DNA from: Diplonema japonicum
Taxonomy: Eukaryota; Protista; Euglenozoa: Diplonemea
Reading direction: 5' to 3'
Assembly (NCBI GenBank): GCA_964019335.1
Contig: OZ025658.1
Coordinates: 310,001 to 374,000, forward strand
DNA: 64,000 nucleotides
Each line of letters begins with the position of its first letter. The first letter of the stretch is position 1. Positions 22,611 through 34,715 of this stretch are shown here, piece by piece. The translations under genes were made by a program, and so were the position numbers. Under the pieces are notes generated by a model. The model was not told the origin of the DNA. It did not search any database and saw nothing but the letters and a program-made list of their open reading frames with translations.

Positions 22611-24080
22611 TTTTTTTTCTTTGCAATAACGTGTAGGGGGGCGTTGCTTTTTTTTTTTTTTTTTGAGAATTTTATAAGCCAGCCCCGGATGCGTTGTTCC
22701 AACGGGTGCTTTATTTGATTCAAACATGCTCCGTTGGTGTTTTAAGTCCCTTCTCGAAAGAGGCAACATTGGACCCCTAAAATATAGCAGCCGGCGTCGC
22801 AAGGGGTAAAAAAAAAAATTGAAATGAAAAAAGGATTTTGGTGTGAAGACGAGAAACAAGGGAGTGAGTATTTTTTGAAGTAGAGGGGAGGGCGGAGAGG
22901 GGGGGGTTGTGGGAAGAAGACTCGAAAAGAAAAAAGGAAAAAAAGAAGAGGGGGTAAAATAATGTCATGTTTTTTTTTCTCCCCCCCTTTCCTATTTCTT
23001 TCATTTTTTCTCTCTTTTGTTATCTCTATTTTTTTGTCGATAAAAATTGGAGCAAAAACAAAAAAAGATATCTTTGGGGGGGGGGGGGAGATCATGGGAA
23101 AGGGGGTACGGCTGGGCATCGCACCTACGCGGCATGAGGGAAAGGAATCGTTTTTTTTCTTTTTCTCTTTTTTTTTTTTTTCTACCAACAAACACGAAGC
23201 GTAGAATACCGCAGTACAAGAAACGGAGGGGGGAAGGGAGAGAAAAAATATCGGGGGAGAAAAAAAAAAAGTAAAGAAAAAAAAATATAAAAAGTTCCGG
23301 AAAAAAAGAAAAGAAAGGCACTAAGAAGGATTGACTACGAGGAGAATGAACAAAAGAAAGGAGATCTATGAGCGTGGCTTTGCAGTCGGGTAAAATAAAC
23401 CTAAATTACACGTTTTTTTTTTTTTTTTCCTATCCTCGCTTCTTCCTTTAATTTTGATTGGCCAAAGACTCGTTCTAGTAAAAAAAAGGTGAAAGAGTTG
23501 TGTAAAAACAACGCGAAAGTAGGGAGGGGAGGGGGGGGGGGGGGGGGGGGGGTTCACCAGTAACGCCGCAACTTATTTGTTTTTCAAATCATATTCTTTT
23601 TTTTTTTAAAAACCTCCTCACAGCCAGGAAAACATAGGAACACAAAAAAAAAGAACATGTGCCACTTGAAGAACAAAGGGTTTTGAGAATGATCTCCTTT
23701 TTTTTTCCCTCTATTATTTTTCCGACTTGTCTCACCAAATTGCGGCATTCGTTTGTTACCTGGGGGAGTGATTTCTAACTCGGGAGGGGGGGGGGGGGGG
23801 GGGTTAAAGTGATGTACGGACATAAAGAGACTCTAAAATCCACCCTCCCCCCCAAAAAAAAAGAAAGAAGATAAAAAAAAATAAATAGTACTCCGAAATA
23901 ATTTCTGTGAACTTCACCCAAAAAGTTTTTTATATGTATTTTTTTTACCCAGTCTGGCTCTTCTTTTTCCCGTCCTCTCACCAAAAAAAAGGGGGGGGGG
24001 AAAGAATCACAATGATGGGGGGGAGGAAGGGGGGGGGGATAAAAGGCAACTGATACTACCCCCTTATCTGGGAACACGTT

Positions 24081-24112
<32 letters not shown>

Positions 24113-24114
<2 letters not shown>

Positions 24115-24240
24115 ATGAACAAGAAAAAAACAATATATTGATAATGAATTGTTAGTGCTAAAAAGAGTAGTGGTGGCATTGTTGGGCTTATCCTTCTACA
24201 GGTTAATCCCGGCTGTGCACAAACAACAATCAACCGACTC
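24113..24240 (+). mobile_element. Solo (A+B) short element of YR retrotransposon family 1, inside a T-tract
   Basis: Near-identical to the 5' end (33721-33610) joined to the 3' end (30166-30135) of element 1 through a single ccggctgtgcacaaacaa core. Confidence 0.9.
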
Positions 24241-24320
24241 TTTTTTTTTTTCTTCTTCTTCTTCTTTCTTTTTTTTTACGAACACGGCAATGAATAAAAT
24301 ATAAAAAAAAAAAGTTGTTT

Positions 24321-24453
24321 TTACAGCTCCATCTTAGACCGCAAAGTAAAGAAAAATTCATCGAAATCCTGCGTGTTGCCCCGCACGAACTTCACTTCGA
24401 GCAGAGTGTTGTCCGACGCAGTCGGTAGGCATATTGTAGTGTATGCCAACTGT

Positions 24454-24507
<54 letters not shown>

Positions 24508-25712
24508 CCCAACATACCATTTTCCCATGCCTAACCCTTGTGGTATACCCTTTAATCTCATGCGTTGACTCTTTACGGTCAGGGTGCGCGTCCATAGCTG
24601 CAAGCACAGCCGACAGTTTTGTGAATGTTTCCGAGAGAGTAGTGTCGACTATGATGGACCCCATCAAAGTCTTCTGCTGGGTTTGCGCGTTCTTCATCCG
24701 ACTCTGTACCTCAAAAGAGTTCAACAGTTTCGTCTGGCTCGCATCCTTCCCCATGGGAGAGTGGCTGTAGTCAGAACCATCCGTATCATCTACAACATCA
24801 ATGGTGTCCAGTCCATCTTTGATAATCGGTTCTTTGGTCGCCTCGATCTTTGACACATCGAAGCCAACTTGGAACCAAGGGTCCTGTATGACCTCGTCAA
24901 GCGAGATTCTGTGAAGAGCGCTTTTAGTCAACATCTTTGAAATAAGTTCGCAGACTTCCGGGCTGAACCACTGCGGGACTTGATAGTCGCTGCTTTCAAT
25001 AAGCTTAAACAACACATCGATATCACTATGATCAAAAGGGAGCATCCCAGCATGCATTACGTACAGTAGAATACCGCTTGACCATACGTCTGCTGCCATC
25101 CCGTTGTACCCTTGGTGATTGGCATTGATGACCTCGGGGGCGACGTAGTTCGGAGTTCCGCAAACTGTGCGGAGCAGTGCGTCACCTTCTTCTGCTGTGC
25201 CTGGTTGCAGGTTTGCTAGACCGAAGTCCGAGATTTTTATGACGTCGTCCTCTGTGAGTAAAAGGTTTTCAAGTTTTAAATCCCTGTGCGCGATGCCTTG
25301 GTTGTGGCAGTACTTCACACCCAGAACAAGCTGGTGGAAGTACTTCCTGGACTCGTCCTCTCTGAAACGGCCTGCGTGAAGCAGTTTTGTATACATCATG
25401 CCCCCCGTCACTAGTTCCATCACCAGGAAGAGGTATTTTTGCGTCTGGAACACCTCTAAAACTTTCACGATGTTGTCGTGGCGAAGCAGTTTTGTCACGC
25501 TGATTTCTCTTAATACCTGTTCTTCCAGGTCTTCTTGTGCCATCCTTTCCTTGTGGATCACCTGTTTTTTTTGGGGGGGGGATTGTCGTTTGGGATAATA
25601 CCTTCACAGCCACCTCCGCTCCTGTTTTGATATCGGTCCCGAGTTTTACCTTTGAGAACGTGCCCTTACCCAATGTTTTGCCCACTTCATAACCACCTAC
25701 TACCCGTCCCAT
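24321..25712 (-). CDS. SNF1/CIPK-like (CAMKL) Ser/Thr kinase; exons 25712-25602, 25561-24518, 24449-24321
   Basis: LGKGTFSKV, VAVK|VI, HRDLKLEN, DFG and TVCGTPNYVAPE. The spliced C-terminus ends in a KA1/CIPK-like tail, LLEVKFVRGNTQDFDEFF. Confidence 0.92.
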
Positions 25713-25754
25713 TTTCTTTTTTTTTTTCTCTTCTTTTTCCCCCTTTTGGTTGGC

Positions 25755-25794
<40 letters not shown>

Positions 25795-26607
25795 CAGATG
25801 AGTTTGATGACTTTAAAAAAAAAAAATGGAATATGTAAACAGGGGCAAGACTGCTCTCACTTCCTCCTCTTCCTATTTTTTTTTTCTTGTAAAAAGATCA
25901 ACAAATAATAAATGTAAAATAGAAAAAAAGAAGAAAGTTTTTTTTTCTCTTCTCTTCTTCTTTTTTTTTTTTTTAAAACGCCAACCAGCGTGGTTTCGTG
26001 AATTACTTGGAGGGAGGGAGGGAGGGAAGGAAGGGAGGTCGAGAAAAAGAAGAAAAAACACAAACGGGCCCGGAAAGAGCTTTCAAAAAAAAAAAAAAAT
26101 CCCTACATGGTCTATGCACGAACGGCAGTCGGTGCCTGTAAAGGCCACATTTCATCTTCCGGCAGGGAGCTTGCCCTTTCGTTCGGAAACTGAACACAAA
26201 CTTTTATCGGACGAGGCGGGGGGGGAGGGGGGAGTCATAGCCTACGATAATATGCTGCCATAAATAATAACCATAACTTACTTGATTTTTTTTTTTTCAA
26301 TACTTAATATATAAATCAAACACCTGGTAGACCCCCGCGCCACTATTTCTTTTTTTCCCCACAAAAGAAATGCCTGAAAAGCAGTGTGATGGGACATCCC
26401 CTGTATTATGAAAGCTGTTCCGACCAAGAAAAAAAAAATTCAGACTTTATAAAAAAATAAGAATAAAAATAAAAAAAAAAACCGCCCAGCGAAGGCTTTT
26501 TTCTTTTTTTTCTTTTTTTTTTTTTTTTTCCCAGAAGAATGGGAGAGACAGAGATAGGGAGAGAGATAACACAAAAAAAACAGCCTATTTTTCAACATTT
26601 CAACATT

Positions 26608-27636
26608 TCAACAGGCCACCGCACGACACTGCAAAGCCTGAACGGCAGTGACGGCGGTGGTGGTCACGATATCGTCCACAGAGCAACCTCTGGAAAGATC
26701 ATTCACAGGCCGTCTGAGCCCTTGCAAAATGGGCCCCATAACAACACATCCTGTGGACTGCTGCACAGCCTTGTAAGTGATGTTCCCGCAGTTCAAATCA
26801 GGGAACACCAGAACGTTGGAATCCGAACGCAGCTCGGCACCCTTCGCAAGGGCTATCTCCCTGTTGACAGCAGCATCATACTGCAAAGGACCTTCAACAG
26901 GAACAGCAGGGGAGACCAGTGACTTCGCAGTTGACACCGCAGATCGTACTTTATCAACAAGAGGCCCGGTGTTGGAAAGTCCTGTAGCGAACGACAGCAT
27001 TGCAACATGCGGTTCTATACCAAAGGCTGAGGCGGTGGACGCTGATGCTGCTGCTATGATCCCAAGCTCCTCAGCATCAGGAGATACTTGCAACGCACAA
27101 TCCGCATACACAACAACATTGTCAGGAAGAAGCATGAACATCAAACTGCTTACTATACTGTCATCAACATTGCCTATCAGTTGTAAAGCAGGACGAATTG
27201 TGTCTGCTGAAGTATGGCATGCTCCGGATACCATTCCGTCTGCATCACCACAGGCCACCATCATGGTGCCGTAGATGGGGGTGTCTCGTTGCATGATGGT
27301 AAATGCTTCTTCTACAGTGACGCCTTTGTGGTCTCTTTTTTTCGCCATTTCTATGGCGTACCTTTCGACCCGTGTGTCTGTTTCGGGGTCTAGAATGTTG
27401 ATATTCTTCAGTTGTCCCGCCACCCCACGTTCTTTTGCTAGCTTTAGTATCTTGTCCCCGTTCCCCAGAAGCGTTACGTCTGCGATGCCTTGTTTTTGTA
27501 TCCTAACAGCGGCCTCCACAACACGTGGGTCCTCTGCCTCTGGGAGGACGATGCTCTGCTTAGACGCCATCGCCTCGCCGAATAGCTTTTCTGTGAAGAC
27601 CTTTGCACTGATGCGTGTGAAGTGAGTTCGCCGCAT
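26608..27636 (-). CDS. pta: Phosphate acetyltransferase (PTA_PTB domain only) with a possible mitochondrial presequence
   Basis: IVLPEAEDPRV, ADGMVSGA, TIRPALQ, AMLSFAT, EGPLQYDAA, FPDLNCGNITYK and GPILQGLRRPVNDLSRGC. Confidence 0.92.
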   Translation of the reverse strand: MRRTHFTRISAKVFTEKLFGEAMASKQSIVLPEAEDPRVVEAAVRIQKQGIADVTLLGNGDKILKLAKERGVAGQLKNINILDPETDTRVERYAIEMAKKRDHKGVTVEEAFTIMQRDTPIYGTMMVACGDADGMVSGACHTSADTIRPALQLIGNVDDSIVSSLMFMLLPDNVVVYADCALQVSPDAEELGIIAAASASTASAFGIEPHVAMLSFATGLSNTGPLVDKVRSAVSTAKSLVSPAVPVEGPLQYDAAVNREIALAKGAELRSDSNVLVFPDLNCGNITYKAVQQSTGCVVMGPILQGLRRPVNDLSRGCSVDDIVTTTAVTAVQALQCRAVAC

Positions 27637-28248
27637 TTTCTTTCTTTTTTTTTTGTTGTGTGTAGTGGATCCTTTATTTTTCCCCCCCCCTTTTTTTTCT
27701 TCTTTCGTTTCTTCCCCTCCCCTTCGGTGCTAGCACAAGAAGAAAGAAAGAATAAAAAAGAAAGTTATAAATGAACAGAAAAGGCGATGTTTAACAGAAA
27801 ATATAGCCCTAGTTTTTTTTTTTTTTCTTCTTCTTCTTCCCCCTCCTAAGAATCATGTACTAATTGTTAGAACTTCAAAACCGTTTTTGGCTGTGAAGTG
27901 AGGCACGTGCCCCTCCCAGGCGGTTTTCGAGGGATCGCATTTGATTCCCTCAAAAAATGCTTTTTTTGAGGGGGGGTACAAAGAAAAAAATTGGGAACAC
28001 ACTGCCATTTTATTTTCTTTTTTTTTTTTTTCGTAGAAGAAAATCTTAAAAACCTCGGGGTTTTTTTTTTCGACGAAATAGAAAACACGACTCGCAAAAA
28101 TGTTACGGCCATATAAATAATATAAAAAAAAACTTTTTTTTTGTAAATGCAATATTAAGGCAGAGAGGGAGAGAAAGTACGGGGGGGGGGGGGAGAATAT
28201 TTTTTTTTAATATGAAATTTATGTGTATTACTGGTGGATGGTGTAAAT

Positions 28249-28288
<40 letters not shown>

Positions 28289-28301
28289 TCATTGCCACTT
28301 T

Positions 28302-29282
28302 TTATGCCATGTTCACCGCAAAACCCTTCAGACCAAGAAATATACCGGAAACAGAGTCTCGGGGCTGGGATTCAGCACAAAGTACCTCCCGAACGGTACT
28401 GGCAAGCATTTCCGAATCAACATTAGTGGTGGTCGAGAACAACCGTGCAAGGAAGAACGCGGCAACCTGCTTCTTCGGGGTGACAAGATGAGAAGTGTAA
28501 ATAAAAACGAAAGAACAGTCGTCGCACTCAACAGCGTTGGCTGAGAACTCGGGGTATAATTCCGGAAAGCCTATTCCTTGCGAAGGCCGGGAAGACTTCA
28601 CACACGACATCACACTCCCGTCCCTCTTGCAAAAAATCGCATCCGCACCACCAAGACTGAACGAAACAATGCTGGAATCGATCGTAACAGTCCCTGCAAG
28701 ACTCACCGCTTCCCCGTTGTTGTTTTCTCGATCGGCTCGGTACCGTCTGTCGAGCTCAAGCAACGCTGATTGAATTGCATTCTTCACGTTTTTTACGAAA
28801 GTGTCGGACAGTTCATCGTAAAGCAGAGTGGGGAGCCACCTCGAACAGTAGTTCAGAGAATGGTGAGAAGTACCTTCAAAGACAACATGGAGTTGGACAC
28901 TTCCATCTATTCGTGTGGGTTTATTCAAGAAGCTGGAGAGATTGTTGACGCATAGAGTGCTTGTGACGCTTTGTTCTCCTTTCACAGTGCACTGCTGTTG
29001 GAGGTAAGCTGCGGCGTTGTGCCGCGGCGTGGGCAGGGGAGGTGTTCTTGCCAGCTTTCGTCGCCGTTTGGTCTCGTTGAGGACTTGTTCGTGTTCCTCG
29101 CCACCGTCCACAGTGGCGATCCATCTGGAAATGTCGCGCACCCGAGACCGTTTCTGCACGGAAGAAGAGCTACCGTTCAGTGTCGTCAGCCAACGTTTCT
29201 TCTCCCCCATGCAGCAGGCGTTGTTCCCGAAACTCGCAAGACTTCCCAGTGTTAAGAAATCTTCGGATATGTCTGCTCTCAT
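28302..29282 (-). CDS. Divergent PP2C/PPM-fold protein, probably a pseudophosphatase
   Basis: HVVFEG (cf. GVFDGH), AIQSALLELD, FSLGGADA (cf. NxGDS) and DSVSGIFL (cf. DN). Several metal-binding Asp residues are substituted. Confidence 0.55.
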   Translation of the reverse strand: MRADISEDFLTLGSLASFGNNACCMGEKKRWLTTLNGSSSSVQKRSRVRDISRWIATVDGGEEHEQVLNETKRRRKLARTPPLPTPRHNAAAYLQQQCTVKGEQSVTSTLCVNNLSSFLNKPTRIDGSVQLHVVFEGTSHHSLNYCSRWLPTLLYDELSDTFVKNVKNAIQSALLELDRRYRADRENNNGEAVSLAGTVTIDSSIVSFSLGGADAIFCKRDGSVMSCVKSSRPSQGIGFPELYPEFSANAVECDDCSFVFIYTSHLVTPKKQVAAFFLARLFSTTTNVDSEMLASTVREVLCAESQPRDSVSGIFLGLKGFAVNMA

Positions 29283-30166
29283 CGTTTTCTTCTTCTTCTT
29301 TTATTATTGTTGTTGTTGTGTGTGTGTACGTCCCCTCCCAGGGATTCCTGTTTTTTTTTTTTTCCTTTTTTTTCGCGGGGGGGCAAGAAAAAAGAGGGCA
29401 AGATGGGAAAAAAAAAAAAAAAGAAAAACCATATTACTCCGCCCAGCTAAAAAAAAAAAAAGAAGAAAGAAAGAAAACAAAAATGTGATGCCTTAAAAAA
29501 TTATCTGCTAAGAAAACCGGGGTTTTCGATTCCAATTGGACAGTATTCTGAAAAAGAATTCATGTGCAAATCAAAATCCCTGAAACCCGTAGGGTTGGTA
29601 GACTTTTAATCCTACCCCGCAAATCTTTTGACGTACCCAGTTGTCCCATCTGGGTACAAAGTGGCGCTTGACGAGATTTAACAATGAAACGAACTCAATC
29701 CCGGATCTCAGTCTGCACTTCACACATTTAGCTGGACGGAGTCTAGTACTTTGGGGGGGGGGGGGGGGGGGGGAACCTTCATGTTTACCCCTATTTTTTT
29801 TTGTTGTCACTGGGGCGTGCACCAACAGCACACCACACAAAAAAAAAATAGTCCTTTTCTCTGTTCAATTTTTTTTTTCTCTTTTACTGTACCAGGGGGG
29901 ATAAAAGCTATGAGAGAAATAAATAAATAAAGGAGAGGGAAAGCATCAGAAGGGGCTGACCAGCGTGAACTGCGCCATTTCTTCATTCTCCTTTTTTATC
30001 TGATTCTTTCTTCTATATATATATTTTTTTTTCTTTTTTCCTCGGCAGATTCCCCCTTTTTCGTCTTCTTTCTTTTCGCCTTTCTCGTTTGACAAGCCAA
30101 CCATGGCAACACGAAAGTTTAAAAAAAAAAAAAAGAGTCGGTTGATTGTTGTTTGTGCACAGCCGG

Positions 30167-31450
30167 TGCAAAACGCCCGACGCCCACCGTCACGCCCCAC
30201 CCGACCATGCTGGCATCCGAGTACGCTACGGCCCGCTGTCGCAGGACATCGTCCCTGTGGCACCACTCATTCCGAACGAGTTCTCCCAACTCACCTCAAA
30301 AAACTGCTCGGTCATCGGTCCCTACCACGACCTCAGCCTCCCAGAAGGCCTTGGAGCGCATGTCACCCTTCTTCGCGACTCGTGACATCCACCGCAGCAT
30401 CGGAACCACAGGCGCAAACGATCTCAAGGTGGCGTGTCGCCGCCACAGCAGGATCCCAGCAAGCCGCCACCACGCCCTGGCCGGAGACGCGCCGGTCCTG
30501 ATCAGGATATCGCCCTGCGTGGCGACCTTGAGGGTCCACTTCTCACTCAGTCGCCACCTCTTTTCGCGCAAATCCTCCAGCCCTAGGGACGATATACGCT
30601 GTGAAGGGGCAACACGGTCGCCTATAATGATCCGGAACTCCCGACATAAGCGCTCAAAGTCGGAGCATATGCCCTGCAGGGCAGGAAGGGAGGGTGCGCA
30701 GAACAAATTATTATCTATCCATGCAATATGACAGCCGGGGGTACCGTGAACCGCGGCAGATCCGAGCGCGAGGCAGACATGCTGAGCCCCCTGCGGGGCA
30801 GCCCGATAGCCCATCGGCAGGCGAGTCATCCTCAGAAAGCAAGTCCTAGCCCCGTGTCCGCCTTTGACCCTCAGTGAAAAAAACGGCCTGACGCGGGGGG
30901 GCAGTCCGAACTGGTAAAAAAAGGACTTGAAATCGAACTCTGCGCAGAACTCGGTCCCCATCAGGGTTGAAATGATTTTCTTGTAGGACGGCAACCTACA
31001 CGGAGGGGTAGGGGTAGCTAGCGTTGCCTTATTGAGGTCCACACACCCCAGGATGAACCTCAACCTCGTTGGGTCCTTCTTGGGAACTGTGAAGGCAGAG
31101 TGGAACCACGGGGAGGAGGCTCTCACGGACGGTTCAACCAGACCCATGCACCGGAGACTAACCACATGTGGGCTTAACTTGCTGTTGGCTGGTCCGGGTG
31201 TCCTCCTGTGCTCCAAGTCCACGATACCCTCAAGGAAGGCCGGGTCATGCCACCAACGTAAGGAATCTCCCAGAGAAGGGAAACGCTTCAGCAACGCGTC
31301 AACATCAATGATCGAGGATGGAATCCGATCTATCTCGCCTTCATAAGCCGCCTTAGGCAGACGAACGCCCGACCCGAGCTCCAACCACGACTGTACGTAA
31401 TCGTAGGACTTGAATACATCCTCGATCGTAGCGGGCCAGCGGGGCATCAT
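30167..31450 (-). pseudogene. Element 1 reverse transcriptase; RNase H truncated after its first motif
   Basis: AFTVPKK..RLRFI, EFDFKSFFYQF, RLPMGY and AWIDN. After a frameshift near 30296, AYSDASMVGWG runs directly into the B end. Confidence 0.85.
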
Positions 31451-31469
31451 AACCGGTCTCACTGAAGGG

Positions 31470-32238
31470 AGACACCCCCCAGCCGAGTGTCCGCTGCCGA
31501 CTGCCAAGTCATTGGAGGAATGTACATCCGCGTGGTTGCGGCGTCTGCATGCCTGGCTAGTCCCTGTGCCGCCTGCTCCCCATGCTGTAGAGCTACGTGG
31601 GTGAGAGCGCTGTGGCGGATGTCGTGGCCTCAGGAAGCGGTTGTACGCCGGGCGCGATAGCAAGGGAAGACTCTCTCGTCTGGGGGACTGGAGGCCAGTC
31701 TGTGTGTCAACCACGTCCTCGCGGGCCGAAACAAGGCACCCCCGGTAGGTACCAGAACCCCCTGACCCCTCCCGTGCCGGTCGGTCTTCCCTCCTACCAG
31801 CATAAGAAGGCTCTCCTCCGGCCTCAGGAACACGTGGCGAATCAATAGCCTCTCCAGGTCCACATACCTCGCCGCGCAACTCCACTGTGTCGAAAGAGCT
31901 GCAGCCATCTGGCCTTCGGTAACGGAGAGGACCTGGAGTACCCGATCCTTCTTGACAGTTTTCCGGCCTGCCTCCAGCCTGCGGTCGAAGACTTCCAGAC
32001 GACCCTGAAGTGCCCTCCGGTACGCGTCCACTGGAGCGACCTCCATGCGCCAATACGTGATGTATTGAAGGGCCGAGGAGTTTGACAGCCGCCCTGCAGC
32101 CCGTTTTCGTTGAACCCACATGAGGAAGGCCTGATCCTCGTTGACCGAAGGGTACCACCTCCTCACCTCCCCTACGAAGGATCGCCCCCTTTGCATAACC
32201 GACAGCATTGAATCTCTCGAACGGTAGCAGTTGCCCAT
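31470..32238 (-). pseudogene. Element 1 tyrosine recombinase, frameshifted near 31630-31670
   Basis: Catalytic set ARYVDL (R), GGKTD (K), and in the shifted frame HDIRH (HxxR), LARH (H) and TTRMY (Y). Confidence 0.85.
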
Positions 32239-32470
32239 GATCTGCTGTGTCTGGTCGAATAAGGGCTGAATCTCTTCTTGCGTTATCGAGAAGTCGTTGA
32301 GTACAGGACGACCTCGTCTCCGATCTGCAGAAGGATGTATTGTCTGAATAGAAAAGGGGTTTAAAGATGGAAGGGGAGGAATCGAGGGAGGAAGGTGAGG
32401 AGGAGGAAGGTTGTTGATGATCGGGGGAGGAGCCGGGCCGGCTCCCAGGGGTAGGTTCGGTCTCTTCGCT

Positions 32471-33603
32471 TCAACGCTTCGTTGAGGGGCGAAAGAATCG
32501 AGGGCGTTTGGAGCTCGGCATGTCGTCCGTACTCCTCGGATCCTCCCTGATGGCCGTGACGTTCTTCATCACCTGGCAAAGCACCTCCTCGGTGTAGCTA
32601 GTCCAAGGGACAGTGTGCATCCTTTGTTCGAACCGCACACTCCTTTTGGTAGCTATGATCCTGTCGCCGGACCGAAGCCGAATGCGGTTCGTCTCAAGAT
32701 GGACCATAAGGAGGTGGATTGTTGGCAGTAGCGATTCGCCGGCCGTCGCGGCAGCCGCGAACAGAGACTTCAACAGTGCCAAGAACCTGCGCTGATCGTG
32801 TTCGACCCCTTTTGCCTCGTCCGACGGGCCCGGTATCTCCCTTCCCTGATATCTGATACGAATCTCGCTCCAGATCTCGCGTCGCACAAACGGATTTGTG
32901 AAGTATCCCTTCCATGAGATAGGGCGTTTTATATCAAGGGAGGGTTTCGAAGGAGCCGACATGTTCCAAGCGTCCCTGGAAGCTTGCAGGCTGACCTCCA
33001 CGGTCAGTGAGGTCTCCGCGACCTAGCAAGCTTCCGGACTGTAGGGCCTCCGCGGCCCATTTCTTGTCCAGGCTGACCTCCGCGGTCAGCGAGGCCTCCA
33101 CGGCCTAGGACCTCTTCGGGCTGACCTCCGCGGTCAGCGGGGCCTCCGCGGCCCGTTTCCTCAGTGAGGTCAACAAGCTCTCCGTGTCTCGTGTGTATGT
33201 AGGCAACACCTTGAGGACTGCTCAGGAAAGCTTCAACTGCTTCCGTCAAGGAGTTCTTGGAAGGAGTTGATCCTTCCGGAGGCACAGGGGCCTTCGGGGA
33301 GGGAGTGGGAATGATCATCTCTTCGCCGTTGATCTGAACTGCCCACAGGCAGGGTGGACACACCCAGCTTCCTAGTTCAAGGTCGGCAGTGAAAGTCTTT
33401 CCCGCCTTCTTCAGCGTAGACTTAAGACAGGAAGGACTTCCTACCTTGCCGCAGCGACAGCAGTTGTATCCTGAACTGTGGTTTTTCTCACATTCAAGGA
33501 ATATGCAACTGTCTGACGCTGGAGCCTTCTCCTCGTGGAGAGGGTACTCCGTCGCGGTAAGCAGATCGAGCTTTTCACCTTCAAAGGGGATGGCCACAGA
33601 CAT
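32471..33603 (-). pseudogene. Element 1 gag-like ORF1, frameshifted in a GC-rich tandem-repeat region (~32990-33155)
   Basis: The N-terminal Cys motif (CIFLEC..H...CCRCGKVG..SCL...WVCPPC) and C-terminal LDIKRPISW...IRIRY align with element 2 ORF1. Confidence 0.75.
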
Positions 33604-34198
33604 TATTTTTTGTTTGTGCACAGCCGGGATTAACCTGTAGAAGGATAAGCCCAACAATGCTACCACTACTCTTTTTAGCAATAACAATTCATTATCAATA
33701 TATTGTTTTTCTTGTTCATGCAAAAAAAAAAAAAAAAAAAAAAAACACCCCAAAATACAAAGTCAGAAAGTGAAATAAGTAGTTGAAAGCAGTGGGAAAA
33801 AAAAAAAGAGAAACAAATTGAGGGAAAGGTTTTTTTTTGAACGGAATTCTATTTATCGGGGGAGGGGGTAAGAAAGAAAAAAACTAATTGGCTCTGTACT
33901 AGTTCCACGAAAGAAAAAAAAAATGATTCAGCTTGGTGAGTGGGGGAGAAGTTGCTGTAACACCGACTCCTCCCCTTCCCCCAACAAAAAGAAAATAAAT
34001 TGAACCAAGTTAAGGAGAGGTAAAGTGTCTCCCCCCCGCCGCCTGCTATTATTTCGCTGGGCAAGATTTTCAGAGAAGACAAAAAAAAAAGGGTTTAAAA
34101 CCCGTGAGGTTTAGTATAATCAGACCCCATTACTCGGTCAATCCCCCTTGCCTACCCCCGCCCCTGTTGCCCACAGTGCTCACTTTTTTCTCCCCCGG

Positions 34199-34237
<39 letters not shown>

Positions 34238-34367
34238 CTCGGAGCAGTATCAAAATTCCCAACACGCTCGGTTAGCAAACAAACAAACCAAAAAAAAAAG
34301 TGCAAAAAATTTTTGTTTTAAAAAAAAGTGTGTTTCGGAGTACCCCCCCCCCCCCCCCCCCCCCCCC

Positions 34368-34715
34368 CAGGGCTATGCTGGCATGGAAACGCGTTTCCAT
34401 GCATTTTTTGAAAAAACGGAAACGTTTCCCTATTTTGGGGCCGCGTTCAAAGGGTGGAACAAACCATGGTCAAATTCTAAAGTTTTCAGAAAACTCAGAA
34501 ACTACAGGGGAGACAACAGGCCAGGTATCAAACTGTGGTCACCAATTTTAAAAATGCAAAATAATGCCTTGTAGGTGCCCAAAAATGAAAAGTACCGGGC
34601 GGAAATCGATTTCTTGGTCGAGAAAGGGGTGTTTTACATGGTTTAAGCGGCTCCAGTGTTCTGCATTTCCGAATTTGAAAAAACCCACTTTACCACCCCC
34701 ATGTGACCCCCCCTA
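34368..34715 (+). mobile_element. Non-autonomous hAT-like element (~350 bp)
   Basis: Starts agggctatgctgg and ends catgtgacccccccta, like the adjacent larger element. Internal 34520-34620 resembles 35748-35850. Confidence 0.6.

Larger units (their letters stand above)
30135..33721 (-). mobile_element. Tyrosine-recombinase retrotransposon family 1 (VIPER/TATE-like gag-YR-RT/RH), degenerate
   Basis: Three ORF blocks homologous to element 2; 18-bp core duplicated at 33610-33627 and 30149-30166; both ends abut T-tracts on the element strand. Confidence 0.9.

Noticed and set aside
24113-24240. Short repeat as SL RNA, snRNA or tRNA gene
   Set aside because: No recognisable spliced-leader, Sm-site context or cloverleaf; it is explained by the ends of YR element 1.
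30296-32158. 620-aa ORF as a single protein
   Set aside because: Its first ~235 aa are an off-frame read of the YR gene; RT homology starts near 31450.
32985-33160. Programmed frameshift in element 1 gag repeats
   Set aside because: No slippery site; the homologous element 2 gag is continuous and element 1 has several other lesions, so decay is more likely.
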